In this document: positions 10,382 to 20,118 of the stretch, in pieces
Layout: every line of letters starts with the position of its first letter
How positions within the stretch are numbered: the first letter of the stretch is position 1
Assembly: GCA_963676795.2 (NCBI GenBank)
Contig: CAXXTB010000001.1
Location: forward strand, 480,001 to 544,000
From: Geopsychrobacteraceae bacterium
GTDB taxonomy: Bacteria > Desulfobacterota > Desulfuromonadia > Desulfuromonadales > Geopsychrobacteraceae
Length of the DNA: 64,000 bases
Direction of reading: 5' to 3'
The notes under the pieces: model-generated
What the model was told of the DNA's origin: nothing
What the model saw: the letters and a program-made list of their open reading frames with translations, nothing else
Databases searched by the model: none
Program-made: the position numbers and the translations under genes

Positions 10382-11161
10382 TCAATTTTTTAAGACTGCA
10401 GGCTGACGGCCGTTGTTGAACTGCCCCTGGAAATAGGCGATCCGGTAGCTGACGGGAATCCCTTTTTCCGTTGCATAACGGGATTGATAGGTTTCGATGA
10501 ATCGTTGCAGCTGTCTGCGCCCGCTGAAGCTTTTTGCGCCGCTAAAGGTCGCCCCGGTGGCTTTCTGCATCTGAAGAAAACTGATCACATCGGGAAAGTG
10601 GAGGCTCAGAGTTTCCGCCTGCATCGAAACAGTAAAGCGTTTGTCCCGGGACAGGATGGATAAGATGTCTTCCTCGCCCGGCAGGGGATAGGTGTGGCCG
10701 AAATCGCATGATTGGCATACTTCAGTCATTTCCGTGAAGGTTCCGCGGCAGAACAGGGAGAAGTAGAACTGCCCGCCCGGACGCAGGCAGTCGAGTAGCT
10801 GCGGTAAAGAATGCTGCGGATTTCTGAACCACTGCAGACTGGATGAGCTGACCAGCAGATCGACGCTCTGGTTGCGCAGTGGCAGCGCCTCGGCATCAGC
10901 CTGGATACGCAGGTCGGCGATGTGCGCTTGTAATTTCTGCAGCGGGGAGTAGGCGATATCAAGGGCAATCAACTGATCGGTCACGACCTGCTCGCGGAGC
11001 TTTTCGCTGAACAGTCCGTCGCCACAGCCGATTTCGAGGGTCAGGGGATAGTGATCAGGCGCTATCATCTGCACAAGACGTTCAGCGACCGTATTCTGAA
11101 TGGTGGCTGCCTGGCGGTAGCTGAATACCGCCCGTTCGAAATGGCTTTTAATTGCAGTCAT
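10382..11161 (-). CDS. bioC: Malonyl-ACP O-methyltransferase BioC
   Basis: SAM motif LEIGCGDG, DAEALP, SSSLQWF; within the bio operon. Confidence 0.9.
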   Translation of the reverse strand: MTAIKSHFERAVFSYRQAATIQNTVAERLVQMIAPDHYPLTLEIGCGDGLFSEKLREQVVTDQLIALDIAYSPLQKLQAHIADLRIQADAEALPLRNQSVDLLVSSSSLQWFRNPQHSLPQLLDCLRPGGQFYFSLFCRGTFTEMTEVCQSCDFGHTYPLPGEEDILSILSRDKRFTVSMQAETLSLHFPDVISFLQMQKATGATFSGAKSFSGRRQLQRFIETYQSRYATEKGIPVSYRIAYFQGQFNNGRQPAVLKN

Positions 11162-11756
11162 TGGCGATCAGACTCAGAAGCCGTGCTTCCGGGATCATAT
11201 GTGAACTCTGGATTTCTTTCATCCGTACTGTCGGCAGGGCCGCCATGACTGCAGTGAATGCGGTCACGCTGACCACCTGATCCTCCGTACAGCGCACCAG
11301 TATCAGGTGGTCAGCGACAGGTAAGGGTGGGGTGACTACTGAGCTGGCAAGATAATCAAGGCCGGCGCTGAGATTGTTTCGTTGCTCTGGTGTCAGTTGT
11401 GGACAAGCGGCCTCATGGCCGCAAAGTTTCCAGAAATCACTGACCGTCGCTTCAGCTTCTTGCTGCAGGCGCAGTTTCATCCTTTTGACAACGCGGGGTG
11501 AAACAGAGTCGCTGAAGGCCAGGAACGGGGCGATAAGGAGGATGCGGGAAAATACCTGTTGTGCCTGCTCCAGGTGATTCAGCACCAGGTGGGCGCCGGT
11601 TGACCAGCCGACCAGGGTATCGCCCCCTGCAGCAATGGCCTCACGTACCTCAGCGCTGGTGTTGTGAAGAAATGGCGAGACAAAGCGGCTGCTGGCGGCA
11701 AGTTGCGGGTAGAGCTCGGGACAGCCAGCCCAGCCCGAAATAAAGGTTAGCCGCAT
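11148..11756 (-). CDS. Alpha/beta-hydrolase, putative pimeloyl-ACP methyl ester esterase (BioH-equivalent)
   Basis: FISGWA oxyanion region, GWSTG nucleophile, EDQVV Asp, SSHM His; located between bioF and bioC. Confidence 0.75.
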   Translation of the reverse strand: MRLTFISGWAGCPELYPQLAASSRFVSPFLHNTSAEVREAIAAGGDTLVGWSTGAHLVLNHLEQAQQVFSRILLIAPFLAFSDSVSPRVVKRMKLRLQQEAEATVSDFWKLCGHEAACPQLTPEQRNNLSAGLDYLASSVVTPPLPVADHLILVRCTEDQVVSVTAFTAVMAALPTVRMKEIQSSHMIPEARLLSLIANDCN

Positions 11757-12910
11757 AAGATCTCCAGCAGGGCGTGCTCAAGTTGTTGGTAATCCTCCTC
11801 ATCCATGTCGGCGCGCAGAGCGATACGCAATCGGGCCGTCCCTTTGGGGACCGTCGGCGGGCGGATAGCGCCGACATAGATTCCGTGCTCTTTGAGCAGG
11901 TGCTGGACCTGCATGGTTTTCTCGTTATCGCCGATGAACACCGGAATGATCGGCGAAGCTGACTTTAGGGTGTCGATGCCCCGGATTGACAGGGTTAGGC
12001 GCAGCTGCTCGGCCCTGCTGTTGAGTTCCTTGCCGATATCCGGTCTGTCGAGCAAGAGGCGAAGCGCAGCCAGGTTGGCGGCCAGGGTCGCCGGAGGCAG
12101 ACCGGTGGTGTAGATCAGTGAACGGCCGCAGTTGACCAGGTAGTCGATCAGCTGCCGGGATGCCGCAACATAGCCGCCGAACGAACCGAGGGCCTTGCTG
12201 AAGGTGCCCATCTGCACGTCGATCTCTTGTTCAAGACCAAGTTCATGGGCCAGGCCGCGCCCCTGGCCGAAGATGCCGGTCGCGTGGGCTTCGTCGATCA
12301 TCAGCAGCGCCCGGTGCTCTTTCTTCAGGCGAACCAGTGTGGCGAGATCGGCCAGATCGCCGTCCATGCTGAAGACACTGTCGCTGACGATCAGTTTGTG
12401 TGGATGAGCTGTGTGTTGCTCCAACAGCTTCTCAAGATGATACATATCGTTGTGCCGATAGCGGATCTGCCTGGCCCCCGAAAGAGCGATACCATCGATG
12501 ATGCTGGCGTGATTGAGGCGATCGGAAAAGACCAGGGTGTGGCGGTCAGCCAGACTCGAGAGCAGACAGAGATTGGCCGTATAGCCGCTGTTCAGGATCA
12601 GCGCCGCTTCAGTTCCTTTATATTCGGCCAGTTCCTCTTCGAGCCGGGTGTAGAGCGGTCCGTTGCCGGTGACCAAACGCGATGCGCCACTCGAACTGCC
12701 GTAGACCTGTAATGCCTCGGCGGCGGCCCGGGCCAGGACAGACGAGATACTGAAGCCCAGGTAATCGTTGGATGCCAGGTTGAGCAGGGTTGTGCCATCC
12801 ACCTGAATGTACCTGCTGCGATCCTGGCTGATCCGGGGGAGAGTGCGCAAACGCTGGTCGGCGCGGATGTCGTTCAGCTGTTTGTCGATGCGGGTCAGGA
12901 TCGGGTTCAT
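11747..12910 (-). CDS. bioF: 8-amino-7-oxononanoate synthase
   Basis: NLASNDYLG, DRLNHASIIDG, FSMDGD, DEAHA, GTFSKALG. Confidence 0.96.
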   Translation of the reverse strand: MNPILTRIDKQLNDIRADQRLRTLPRISQDRSRYIQVDGTTLLNLASNDYLGFSISSVLARAAAEALQVYGSSSGASRLVTGNGPLYTRLEEELAEYKGTEAALILNSGYTANLCLLSSLADRHTLVFSDRLNHASIIDGIALSGARQIRYRHNDMYHLEKLLEQHTAHPHKLIVSDSVFSMDGDLADLATLVRLKKEHRALLMIDEAHATGIFGQGRGLAHELGLEQEIDVQMGTFSKALGSFGGYVAASRQLIDYLVNCGRSLIYTTGLPPATLAANLAALRLLLDRPDIGKELNSRAEQLRLTLSIRGIDTLKSASPIIPVFIGDNEKTMQVQHLLKEHGIYVGAIRPPTVPKGTARLRIALRADMDEEDYQQLEHALLEILCG

Positions 12911-13551
12911 GCTATGACTCCGGGTAGGCAGGTCCGGCTGCAGCGTGACAGGGCTGCGCTGGACATATCATCCAGCCAGGGAACTTCGGCCAGAACCGGG
13001 ATCTGGCCAAACTGTTCTATCGCTTTGCGGTTTTCCGGGTTAAAGGGCCCGCTCATGACGACGCCGCAGATTTGGATACCGGCCTGGCGCAGAGCTGCGA
13101 CGCTGAGCAGGGTATGGTTGATGGTTCCCAGGCCGCTGCGGGCGACCAGCAGTACCGGCAGTTCAAGGATGCGGATCAGGTCGAGCATGGTCGCCTTCCG
13201 GTTGAGCGGAACATAGAGGCCTCCGGCACCTTCGACCAGCAGGGGTCCAGTCAGCGTTGCCATCTGGCGGCGGATTGCATCGATCTCAATTTCAATACCC
13301 TCGATGCGAGCCGAAAGGTGGGGAGAACAGGGGGTGCCGGTCATATAACAGGGGGGTGCAAAGCGTTCCTCGGGCAGGGCGGAAAGACGTTTGACCTGCG
13401 CCGTGTCGGTTTCCTCCTGACTGCCGCTCTGTACCGGCTTCCAATAGCGATACTGGCCGCGCAGCATCAGCAGGGTCGAGATCAGGGTCTTGCCAACATC
13501 GGTGTCGGTCCCGGTGACAAACAGGCGTTGTGGAAACTTGGCTGTATTCAC
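12907..13551 (-). CDS. bioD: Dethiobiotin synthetase
   Basis: FVTGTDTDVGKT, KPVQSG, VEGAGG, LGTINHT. Confidence 0.96.
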   Translation of the reverse strand: MNTAKFPQRLFVTGTDTDVGKTLISTLLMLRGQYRYWKPVQSGSQEETDTAQVKRLSALPEERFAPPCYMTGTPCSPHLSARIEGIEIEIDAIRRQMATLTGPLLVEGAGGLYVPLNRKATMLDLIRILELPVLLVARSGLGTINHTLLSVAALRQAGIQICGVVMSGPFNPENRKAIEQFGQIPVLAEVPWLDDMSSAALSRCSRTCLPGVIA

Positions 13552-14838
13552 TTAAGACACCTCTTCGGCCACGGTGGCAACCATGGCAGTGGTCAATTCA
13601 GTCAGCTGCTGATCGTTGATAATGAAGGGAGGCATGGCGTAGACCAGTTTGCCAAAAGGGCGAATCCAGACGCCGCGTTCGACAAAGCGCTGCTGGATGG
13701 CCGCCATATTGACAGCTTTGTCCAGTTCAATGACACCGATCGCTCCCAGGCAACGGACATCCCTGACCCCTTGAATCTGGCGCGCCGGAGCAAGTCCTTG
13801 ACGCAGAGCCTTTTCGATGCGCTTGACCTGCCTCTGCCAGTCGTTTTCGATAAGCAGGTCGATACTGGCGCAGGCGACGGCGCAGGCAAGCGGATTGGCC
13901 ATGAAGGTCGGCCCGTGCATCAGGACGCCGGGGCCCAGTTTCCTGTTCGAGGTGGCTTCGGCGACAGCGCGACTGGTCAGGGTTGCCGCCAGGGTCATAT
14001 AGCCGCCGGTCAGGGCTTTGCCGACGCACATGATATCGGGACAGATGGCCGCATGCTCAACGGCAAACAACCTGCCACTGCGGCCGAAACCGGTGGCGAT
14101 CTCATCACAGATCAGCAATACCTGGTGGCGATCGCAGAGCCTACGCAGCTCCCTGAGGTATGCGGGGTGGTAAAAGCGCATGCCGCCGGCACCCTGGACG
14201 ATCGGTTCGATGATCAGTGCCGCGATAGCTGAGCCATGTCGATCGAGCAGTTTTGCCAGCTCTGCTGTGTCCGCAGGGTTGTATTCAGCATCGAAGGCAC
14301 ATTGCGGGGCCGGAGCAAATAGCTGGCTGGACAGCATAGCGGAAAAATGCTGATGCATGCCGGTCTGTGGGTCACAGACCGACATAGCTCCGAAGGTATC
14401 GCCATGATAACCGTTGCGGGCGGTGAGGAATCTTGTTTTGGCAGGTCGGCCCATGCCGATCTGGGCCTGAATCGCCATTTTCATGGCAACTTCCACTGCC
14501 ACCGATCCTGAATCGGCGAAGAAACAGCATTCAAGCCCTGCCGGGGTCAGTTCGACCAGGCGGCGACCAAGTTCGATAGCGGGCTTATGGGTGATACCAC
14601 CAAACATGACATGTGACATTCTTCCCAACTGAGAGCTGGCGGCCTGGTTCAGAACCGGGTGGTTGTAGCCGTGGACAGCGGCCCACCAGGAAGACATGCC
14701 ATCGATAAGCTGGCGGCCATCGTCCAGATGAAGCAGACACCCTTCGGCCTTATCCACCGGGTAAACCGGCAGCGGTTCACTCATGGACGTATAAGGATGC
14801 CAGAGATGCTGTCTGTCGAATTCAAAATCTGAAGTCAT
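13552..14838 (-). CDS. bioA: Adenosylmethionine-8-amino-7-oxononanoate aminotransferase
   Basis: [44 protein letters not shown]. Confidence 0.97.
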   Translation of the reverse strand: MTSDFEFDRQHLWHPYTSMSEPLPVYPVDKAEGCLLHLDDGRQLIDGMSSWWAAVHGYNHPVLNQAASSQLGRMSHVMFGGITHKPAIELGRRLVELTPAGLECCFFADSGSVAVEVAMKMAIQAQIGMGRPAKTRFLTARNGYHGDTFGAMSVCDPQTGMHQHFSAMLSSQLFAPAPQCAFDAEYNPADTAELAKLLDRHGSAIAALIIEPIVQGAGGMRFYHPAYLRELRRLCDRHQVLLICDEIATGFGRSGRLFAVEHAAICPDIMCVGKALTGGYMTLAATLTSRAVAEATSNRKLGPGVLMHGPTFMANPLACAVACASIDLLIENDWQRQVKRIEKALRQGLAPARQIQGVRDVRCLGAIGVIELDKAVNMAAIQQRFVERGVWIRPFGKLVYAMPPFIINDQQLTELTTAMVATVAEEVS

Positions 14839-14887
14839 TGGCTACTTGTCTTGTTGGTTTGGTTGACAATGCGTCAAGGATGGCATG

Positions 14888-14930
14888 GTAAACTTTTTGT
14901 GTCAACCCGGTTTACTATGGAGGTTGACAA
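14888..14930. promoter_or_regulatory. BirA operator(s) in the bioA/bioB divergent promoter
   Basis: TGTCAACC-N14-GGTTGACA (14900-14929), an interleaved GTAAAC-N16-GTTTAC (14888-14915), and an extra half-site GGTTGACAA at 14861. Confidence 0.85.
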
Positions 14931-14978
14931 TCGGTTCTGCCCGGTTTACCTTTGCTTCCAAGTTGGCAAAGGAGGCAG

Positions 14979-15953
14979 ATGTTGAATGCAGCGCAACAGT
15001 TTGTAGATAAGGTCAATCAGGGAACTGGTCTAGACAGCAGCGAAGCGCTGCAGATCCTCACCGCCAAAGGCGCAGCCCTGACCGCCTTTATGGCCGGAGC
15101 CCAGCAGCTCAAGGAAACCTATTGCAGTGACCGGGCTGAACTCTGTTCGATCATCAACGCCAAGTCTGGTCTGTGCCCGGAAAACTGCAGCTTCTGTGCC
15201 CAGTCGGCATATCACCGGACCAGCGCCCAGGTCTATCCGCTGAAAACCGCCGAGCAGATGGTTGAGGCCGCCGGCGAGGCGGAACAGATGGGGAGCGGCT
15301 GCTTCGGGATTGTGACCAGCGGTACCCGGGTTGAGCCGGGCGAGGAATTTGATGAATTGCTCAAAGCGATTCGCCGGATTCGTGCCGAGCTCAAGGTCAG
15401 CCCATCCGTATCGATCGGCCTGCTCGATGAAAGTGCAGCCAAGGCTCTGGTTGAGGCCGGTTGCGTCACCTGTCATCACAACCTGGAAACGGCCCGTTCC
15501 TTCTTTCCGCAGATCTGCACGACGCATGACTACGAAGACGATGTCGCCACGATTCGCATCGCCAAGGCAGCCGGTATGAAGGTCTGCAGCGGTGGGATCT
15601 TCGGTCTTGGAGAAGCGCTGGAGCAGCGCATCGAAATGGGACTGACCCTGCGCGAGCTGGGTGTCGATGCGGTACCGCTGAATTTTCTCTCGCCGATAGC
15701 AGGGACGCCGCTTGAGGGGAACAGTGAGCTGACCCCGCTCGACTGCCTGCGGATTATCTGTCTTTACCGCTACCTGCTGCCGAACAAGAAGATTACCGTC
15801 TGTGGCGGGCGGGAACACAACCTGCGTGAATTTCAGTCGGCAGTCTTCATGGCCGGTGCCAGCGGTATGATGATCGGTAACTATCTGACCAAAGCCGGGC
15901 GGAGCCTGGCGCTGGATCAGCAGCTGCTGAAAGATGCGGAAATTTGCATGTAA
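14979..15953 (+). CDS. bioB: Biotin synthase
   Basis: Radical SAM CPENCSFC, HNLET, CSGGIFGLGE, GNYLT; start moved to ATG 14979 after RBS AGGAGG. Confidence 0.96.
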   Translation: MLNAAQQFVDKVNQGTGLDSSEALQILTAKGAALTAFMAGAQQLKETYCSDRAELCSIINAKSGLCPENCSFCAQSAYHRTSAQVYPLKTAEQMVEAAGEAEQMGSGCFGIVTSGTRVEPGEEFDELLKAIRRIRAELKVSPSVSIGLLDESAAKALVEAGCVTCHHNLETARSFFPQICTTHDYEDDVATIRIAKAAGMKVCSGGIFGLGEALEQRIEMGLTLRELGVDAVPLNFLSPIAGTPLEGNSELTPLDCLRIICLYRYLLPNKKITVCGGREHNLREFQSAVFMAGASGMMIGNYLTKAGRSLALDQQLLKDAEICM

Positions 15954-16126
15954 ATCGCTGGCCTTGATCGACAGACCGATATTTGTAGGTTAAAATTGAA
16001 CTGTTTCCGGTTGTGGTTGTTTCGCGCAACTTGTGTTTATTTGTTTTGTGCTGTCTTAGGGGGGGAGATCGTAACCGATTGACCTCTTTTTTATTGCAGG
16101 GTGTCGATCCAGTCAGGGAAGCCTAT

Positions 16127-18943
16127 ATGCCAGGAGAGCGGCCGACAAGTCTTGCTAAAAGCTATCTGAGACGGAGTCTTTCCGGTATTCTGGTGTCGAT
16201 CCTCTGTATCGGCAGTTTCTGGGTTATCAGCAGCTACCGCCACATCGATTCCTCGCGAGAGATTCTGAAAAGCCAAGCCGTTGAAGAGCAGATGCAGCGT
16301 CAGAAGGAGCGCGTCGATTTTGCCCTGAATCTCATTATCAACGAACAGCAGCAGTTTAACGACAATCTGACAGAAGACCTGCGGGCCCGCACCCTCGAGG
16401 CTCATCAGTTGATCGAAAATATCTATAATGAGACAAAGAATGATTATCCCCGAGAAGAGATCGTTGATCTGATCAAGACTGCGCTTCGCGGTATCCGCTT
16501 CAATGACGGCCGGGGCTACTATTTCGCGACGAGCCTTGATGGTTATCTGCAGATCTACCCTCCCGATCCCGAGCGTGAAGGAACCTCTCTGGCCGATCAG
16601 GTCAACAGCGGAGGGCAGTTCGTTACCCGTGAGATTATCGAGCTCATACGCAGGCAGGGCGAGGGGTTGTACCGCTATTCCTGGCCCAAGCCGGGGATTC
16701 CCGGAAGGGAATTTGAAAAGGTCTCCTACGTCAAATACTTTGCTCCCCTTGACTGGTATATCGGTACCGGGGAGTATCTGGAGGATGTGACTGCTGTACT
16801 GCAGAAGCGGGTTGTCGAACAGATCGAAACGATCCGTTTTGCCGATGGCGGCTATTTTTTCATGGCAACCTTTGATGGTGTGGCCCTCACCTATCCAGCT
16901 AAAGGGCGCAATATGTACGAGGTTGTTGATGAGAACGGCGTCAAAATCGTTCAGGAGCTCATTGGCGTGGCCAGGTCCGGTGGAGGGTATGTGCAGTATA
17001 CGATGCCGCCGCTGGAAAACGAACAGTCACAGCCCAAGATCAGTTATGCCTCTGCCGTGCCGCAGTGGAACTGGTACATCGGAACCGGAGATGCTGTTGC
17101 GGATCTTAATGACGAAGTCGCCCAGCTGCTCAGTCAGCGTAAAAGTGAACTGCTCGGCAAAATCGTTCTGATCATCTGCTTCCTCGCTGTTCTGCTCCTG
17201 CTCTGGATATATTTCACTCATCGTCTGAGCCAGAACCTGTCCGCAGAACTGGCGAAGTTGCAGTCTTATTTCGATCGCTCTGCGAGGGAAGCTGTGGCTC
17301 TCGATCCTGCCGAGCAGAAATTTGTAGAATTGAGACAACTGGCTGAATCGGCCAGCCATATGCTTGCCGAACGGCAGAAAGTGGAAACGATCCTGGCGGC
17401 TCAGGAGAACCGTTTCCGGACCCTGTTTGAACATGTCCCAGACTATGCCCTGGTGCTGCGCAGGGATGGTGACGTAGCCATTATCGATGATCTGAGTGAA
17501 GCAGCATGCACGATTCACGGCTATAAGAAGGAGGAGCTGATCGGCAAGCCGATCAGCTTCCTTGATCCTGAACATAACGATTCGGCGATATCCGCAGTCC
17601 GTTTCAATTCTCTGCGGACGGGGATGACGGCCCGCTTCAAGGCGACGCACCGGCGCAAGGACGGATCAACCTTTCCGATCGAGGCCCTGTTACGCAAAAT
17701 CAGCATCGACGGCCAGGAATATTACCTTGCGGTCGAGCGAGATCTAAGTGAGATCAAGGCCTTTGAAGATCATCAGCGCGAGTTGGAGCTGCAGTTGCAG
17801 CAGAAGTTCAAGATGGAGGCGGTCGGTATGATCGCAGGCGGTATTGCCCATAACTTCAACAACAACCTGGCGATCATCCTCGGCAACCTGGAGATGTCAC
17901 GGCTCAGAATCAACGATCCCGCCGCTCTTGACCCGCTGCTGGAAAACGCGCAGATCGCAACCCTGCGTTCTCGTGATCTGGTCAACCAGATCCTCTGCTA
18001 CAGCCGCAAGGGGGGTGAAGCGAAGCGCCAGGTCAGTTCAATTGCGGTGATCGTCGATGAGACAGTCAGATTGCTCAGCTCGACTTGTCCGGCGACTGTT
18101 CAGATGCACTATCTGCCTCCGGACAATGCTGCTGATCTGAATATCGAGGCTGACGCCAGCCAGATCCAGGAAATATTGATCAACCTGTTTGCCAATGCCG
18201 TCCATGCCATGGATGAGGTTGGTGAGATCACTATCGGTCTGCAATGCGTGAACCTGGCAGCGCGAGACCTGAGTGGACTCAAACAGCACAGACCTGGCCG
18301 TTACGCCAGGCTGAGCGTCCGCGATAATGGCTGCGGCATGTCTCCGGAGATTCAGGAGAAGATCTTTGACCCCTTCTTTACCACCAAGGAGGAGGACAAG
18401 GGGACAGGAATGGGGTTGGCCACTGTACAGGGGATTGTCACCCGCCACAACGGCTTCATCCGGGTGGACAGTATCCCTGGTGAGGGGACGGAATTTCAGT
18501 TGTTTTTCCCAATTGTGGCAGGGGCTGAGCAGGATGCTGGACAGAGCGATGCTGAATTTTTCCAGGGGGATGAAAGAGTCCTGCTGGTCGATGATAACGA
18601 GACCCTGCTGGAGATCGGTCAAGAGATGCTGAAGGAGCTCGGTTACCAGGTGGATACCGCTGCTAGTGGTGCCGAAGCTATGGAGATGTTGACCCTCTTT
18701 CCCGAGCGTTACGATCTGGTCATCACCGATCAGACCATGGCGGGGATGACCGGCCTTGAACTGGCCAAGCAGATTCAGGAGTCGGGATGGAAGCTGCCGG
18801 TGATCCTCTGTTCCGGTTACAGCTCAAAAGTCGCAGATGGCACCGAGGGGCTGGCCAACATCGCCTGCTTCTGCCAGAAACCGTTCCGCCTTTCCGAGCT
18901 TGCCCAGATCATCAGAGCGACCCTGAAGCAAGATCAGGAGTGA
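16127..18943 (+). CDS. Hybrid sensor histidine kinase (two Cache domains, PAS, HisKA, HATPase, receiver)
   Basis: Two GYYF/GYFF...DWYIGTG Cache repeats between TM helices, PAS (HRRKDGSTFP), H-box GGIAHNFNN, DNGCGM / FFTTK / GTGMGL, receiver DLVITDQTM; start likely ATG 16127. Confidence 0.92.
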   Translation: MPGERPTSLAKSYLRRSLSGILVSILCIGSFWVISSYRHIDSSREILKSQAVEEQMQRQKERVDFALNLIINEQQQFNDNLTEDLRARTLEAHQLIENIYNETKNDYPREEIVDLIKTALRGIRFNDGRGYYFATSLDGYLQIYPPDPEREGTSLADQVNSGGQFVTREIIELIRRQGEGLYRYSWPKPGIPGREFEKVSYVKYFAPLDWYIGTGEYLEDVTAVLQKRVVEQIETIRFADGGYFFMATFDGVALTYPAKGRNMYEVVDENGVKIVQELIGVARSGGGYVQYTMPPLENEQSQPKISYASAVPQWNWYIGTGDAVADLNDEVAQLLSQRKSELLGKIVLIICFLAVLLLLWIYFTHRLSQNLSAELAKLQSYFDRSAREAVALDPAEQKFVELRQLAESASHMLAERQKVETILAAQENRFRTLFEHVPDYALVLRRDGDVAIIDDLSEAACTIHGYKKEELIGKPISFLDPEHNDSAISAVRFNSLRTGMTARFKATHRRKDGSTFPIEALLRKISIDGQEYYLAVERDLSEIKAFEDHQRELELQLQQKFKMEAVGMIAGGIAHNFNNNLAIILGNLEMSRLRINDPAALDPLLENAQIATLRSRDLVNQILCYSRKGGEAKRQVSSIAVIVDETVRLLSSTCPATVQMHYLPPDNAADLNIEADASQIQEILINLFANAVHAMDEVGEITIGLQCVNLAARDLSGLKQHRPGRYARLSVRDNGCGMSPEIQEKIFDPFFTTKEEDKGTGMGLATVQGIVTRHNGFIRVDSIPGEGTEFQLFFPIVAGAEQDAGQSDAEFFQGDERVLLVDDNETLLEIGQEMLKELGYQVDTAASGAEAMEMLTLFPERYDLVITDQTMAGMTGLELAKQIQESGWKLPVILCSGYSSKVADGTEGLANIACFCQKPFRLSELAQIIRATLKQDQE

Positions 18944-19116
18944 CCTCAGTCCGGAACTTCGTTAAACTGAAGCTGTCATGACGCCGTACCGGCAGGTATT
19001 TTTGTTGCTAGTCCGCAGCTTTCCCCAGAGACACATCAACAAAAATATCCTCAGCGCAGCGGTCGTCAGGTATACATTTGTACTCCATTCTTATTCCGTG
19101 CAGGAGACCTGTTCCG

Positions 19117-20109
19117 ATGAAAAAACGTCTGATCACCATCATCATCCTGCTCATCATCGGTGTCGGAATCACTCTTTTTCTCCACCAAAACGGGGCTGAG
19201 CAACCTGCCCGGAGACTGACCTATTACGGGAACGTTGAAATTCGCGATGCCAGGCTGGCTTTTGATGAACAGGGGTTGATCGACGCGGTTCTGGTAGAAG
19301 AAGGTGACCGGATCAAAGCCGGCCAGTTGCTGGCGCAACTCAAGGGGGACAAGTTCAAGGCGCTCTTAGATCAGGCGACTGCTCAGCTCAGGGTTCAGGA
19401 GCAGCTGCTGCAGGAACTGCGCAACGGCCCTCGTCAACAGGAGATCGGCCAGGCGACAGCCGAGGTCGAAGCCGCGCGGGTTGCTCTGGACAATGACCGG
19501 ACCAGCTTGCAGAGAATCACTGAAACGGCGGCGTTCGGAGCCAGCAGTCGTCAGGCCCTTGATGATGCCGAGGCTGCTGTCAAGGTTGGCGAAGCCCGGT
19601 TGCAGGTGAAGACCCAGGCTCTGGCCTTGCTCAAGGCCGGTACCCGCAGCGAAGAACTGGCCCGCGCCGAAGCGCAGCTGGAGGCCTACAGGGCCAATCA
19701 GACCTATCTTGAGCAGCGTCTGCAGGCGACAGAACTCCATGCGCCACAAGCCGGTGTCATTCAGAGCCGTCTGCTGGAAGCCGGGGAGATGGCCGGGCCC
19801 AGCCTGCCGGTGTTGAGTGTCGCCCTCGATGCGCCGAAATGGGTGCGAATCTATCTTCCGGAACCGGACTTGGGGTTGGTCAGGGCCGGCGCAAAGGCCG
19901 GCATTGTCTGCGACTCTTTTCCGTCACGCAGTTTCAGCGGCCATCTTGGATTCATCTCATCGGTTGCCGAATTCACCCCGAAGACAGTGGAAACTACCGA
20001 TCTGCGCACCAAGCTGGTCTATGAAGCGCGGGTGGTTGTCGATGAGGGGAGCGAGCTGCTTAAGCTCGGGATGCCGGTAACCGTCAGGCTCGAAGAACAG
20101 GGCGAGTAG
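19117..20109 (+). CDS. ybhG: HlyD-family membrane fusion protein (YbhG-like)
   Basis: YGNVEIR, V.EGDRIKAGQLLA, AEFTPKTVET.DLR..LVY; ATG 19117 after AGGAG. Confidence 0.88.
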   Translation: MKKRLITIIILLIIGVGITLFLHQNGAEQPARRLTYYGNVEIRDARLAFDEQGLIDAVLVEEGDRIKAGQLLAQLKGDKFKALLDQATAQLRVQEQLLQELRNGPRQQEIGQATAEVEAARVALDNDRTSLQRITETAAFGASSRQALDDAEAAVKVGEARLQVKTQALALLKAGTRSEELARAEAQLEAYRANQTYLEQRLQATELHAPQAGVIQSRLLEAGEMAGPSLPVLSVALDAPKWVRIYLPEPDLGLVRAGAKAGIVCDSFPSRSFSGHLGFISSVAEFTPKTVETTDLRTKLVYEARVVVDEGSELLKLGMPVTVRLEEQGE

Positions 20110-20118
20110 GCTCGGACA

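Noticed and set aside
13072..14232. Long antisense ORFs (also 22838-24088, 28657-29748, 54652-55890, 58702-59973, 60124-61236, 61830-63212)
   Set aside because: Shadow frames opposite well-supported genes, expected from GC-rich codon bias; no motifs
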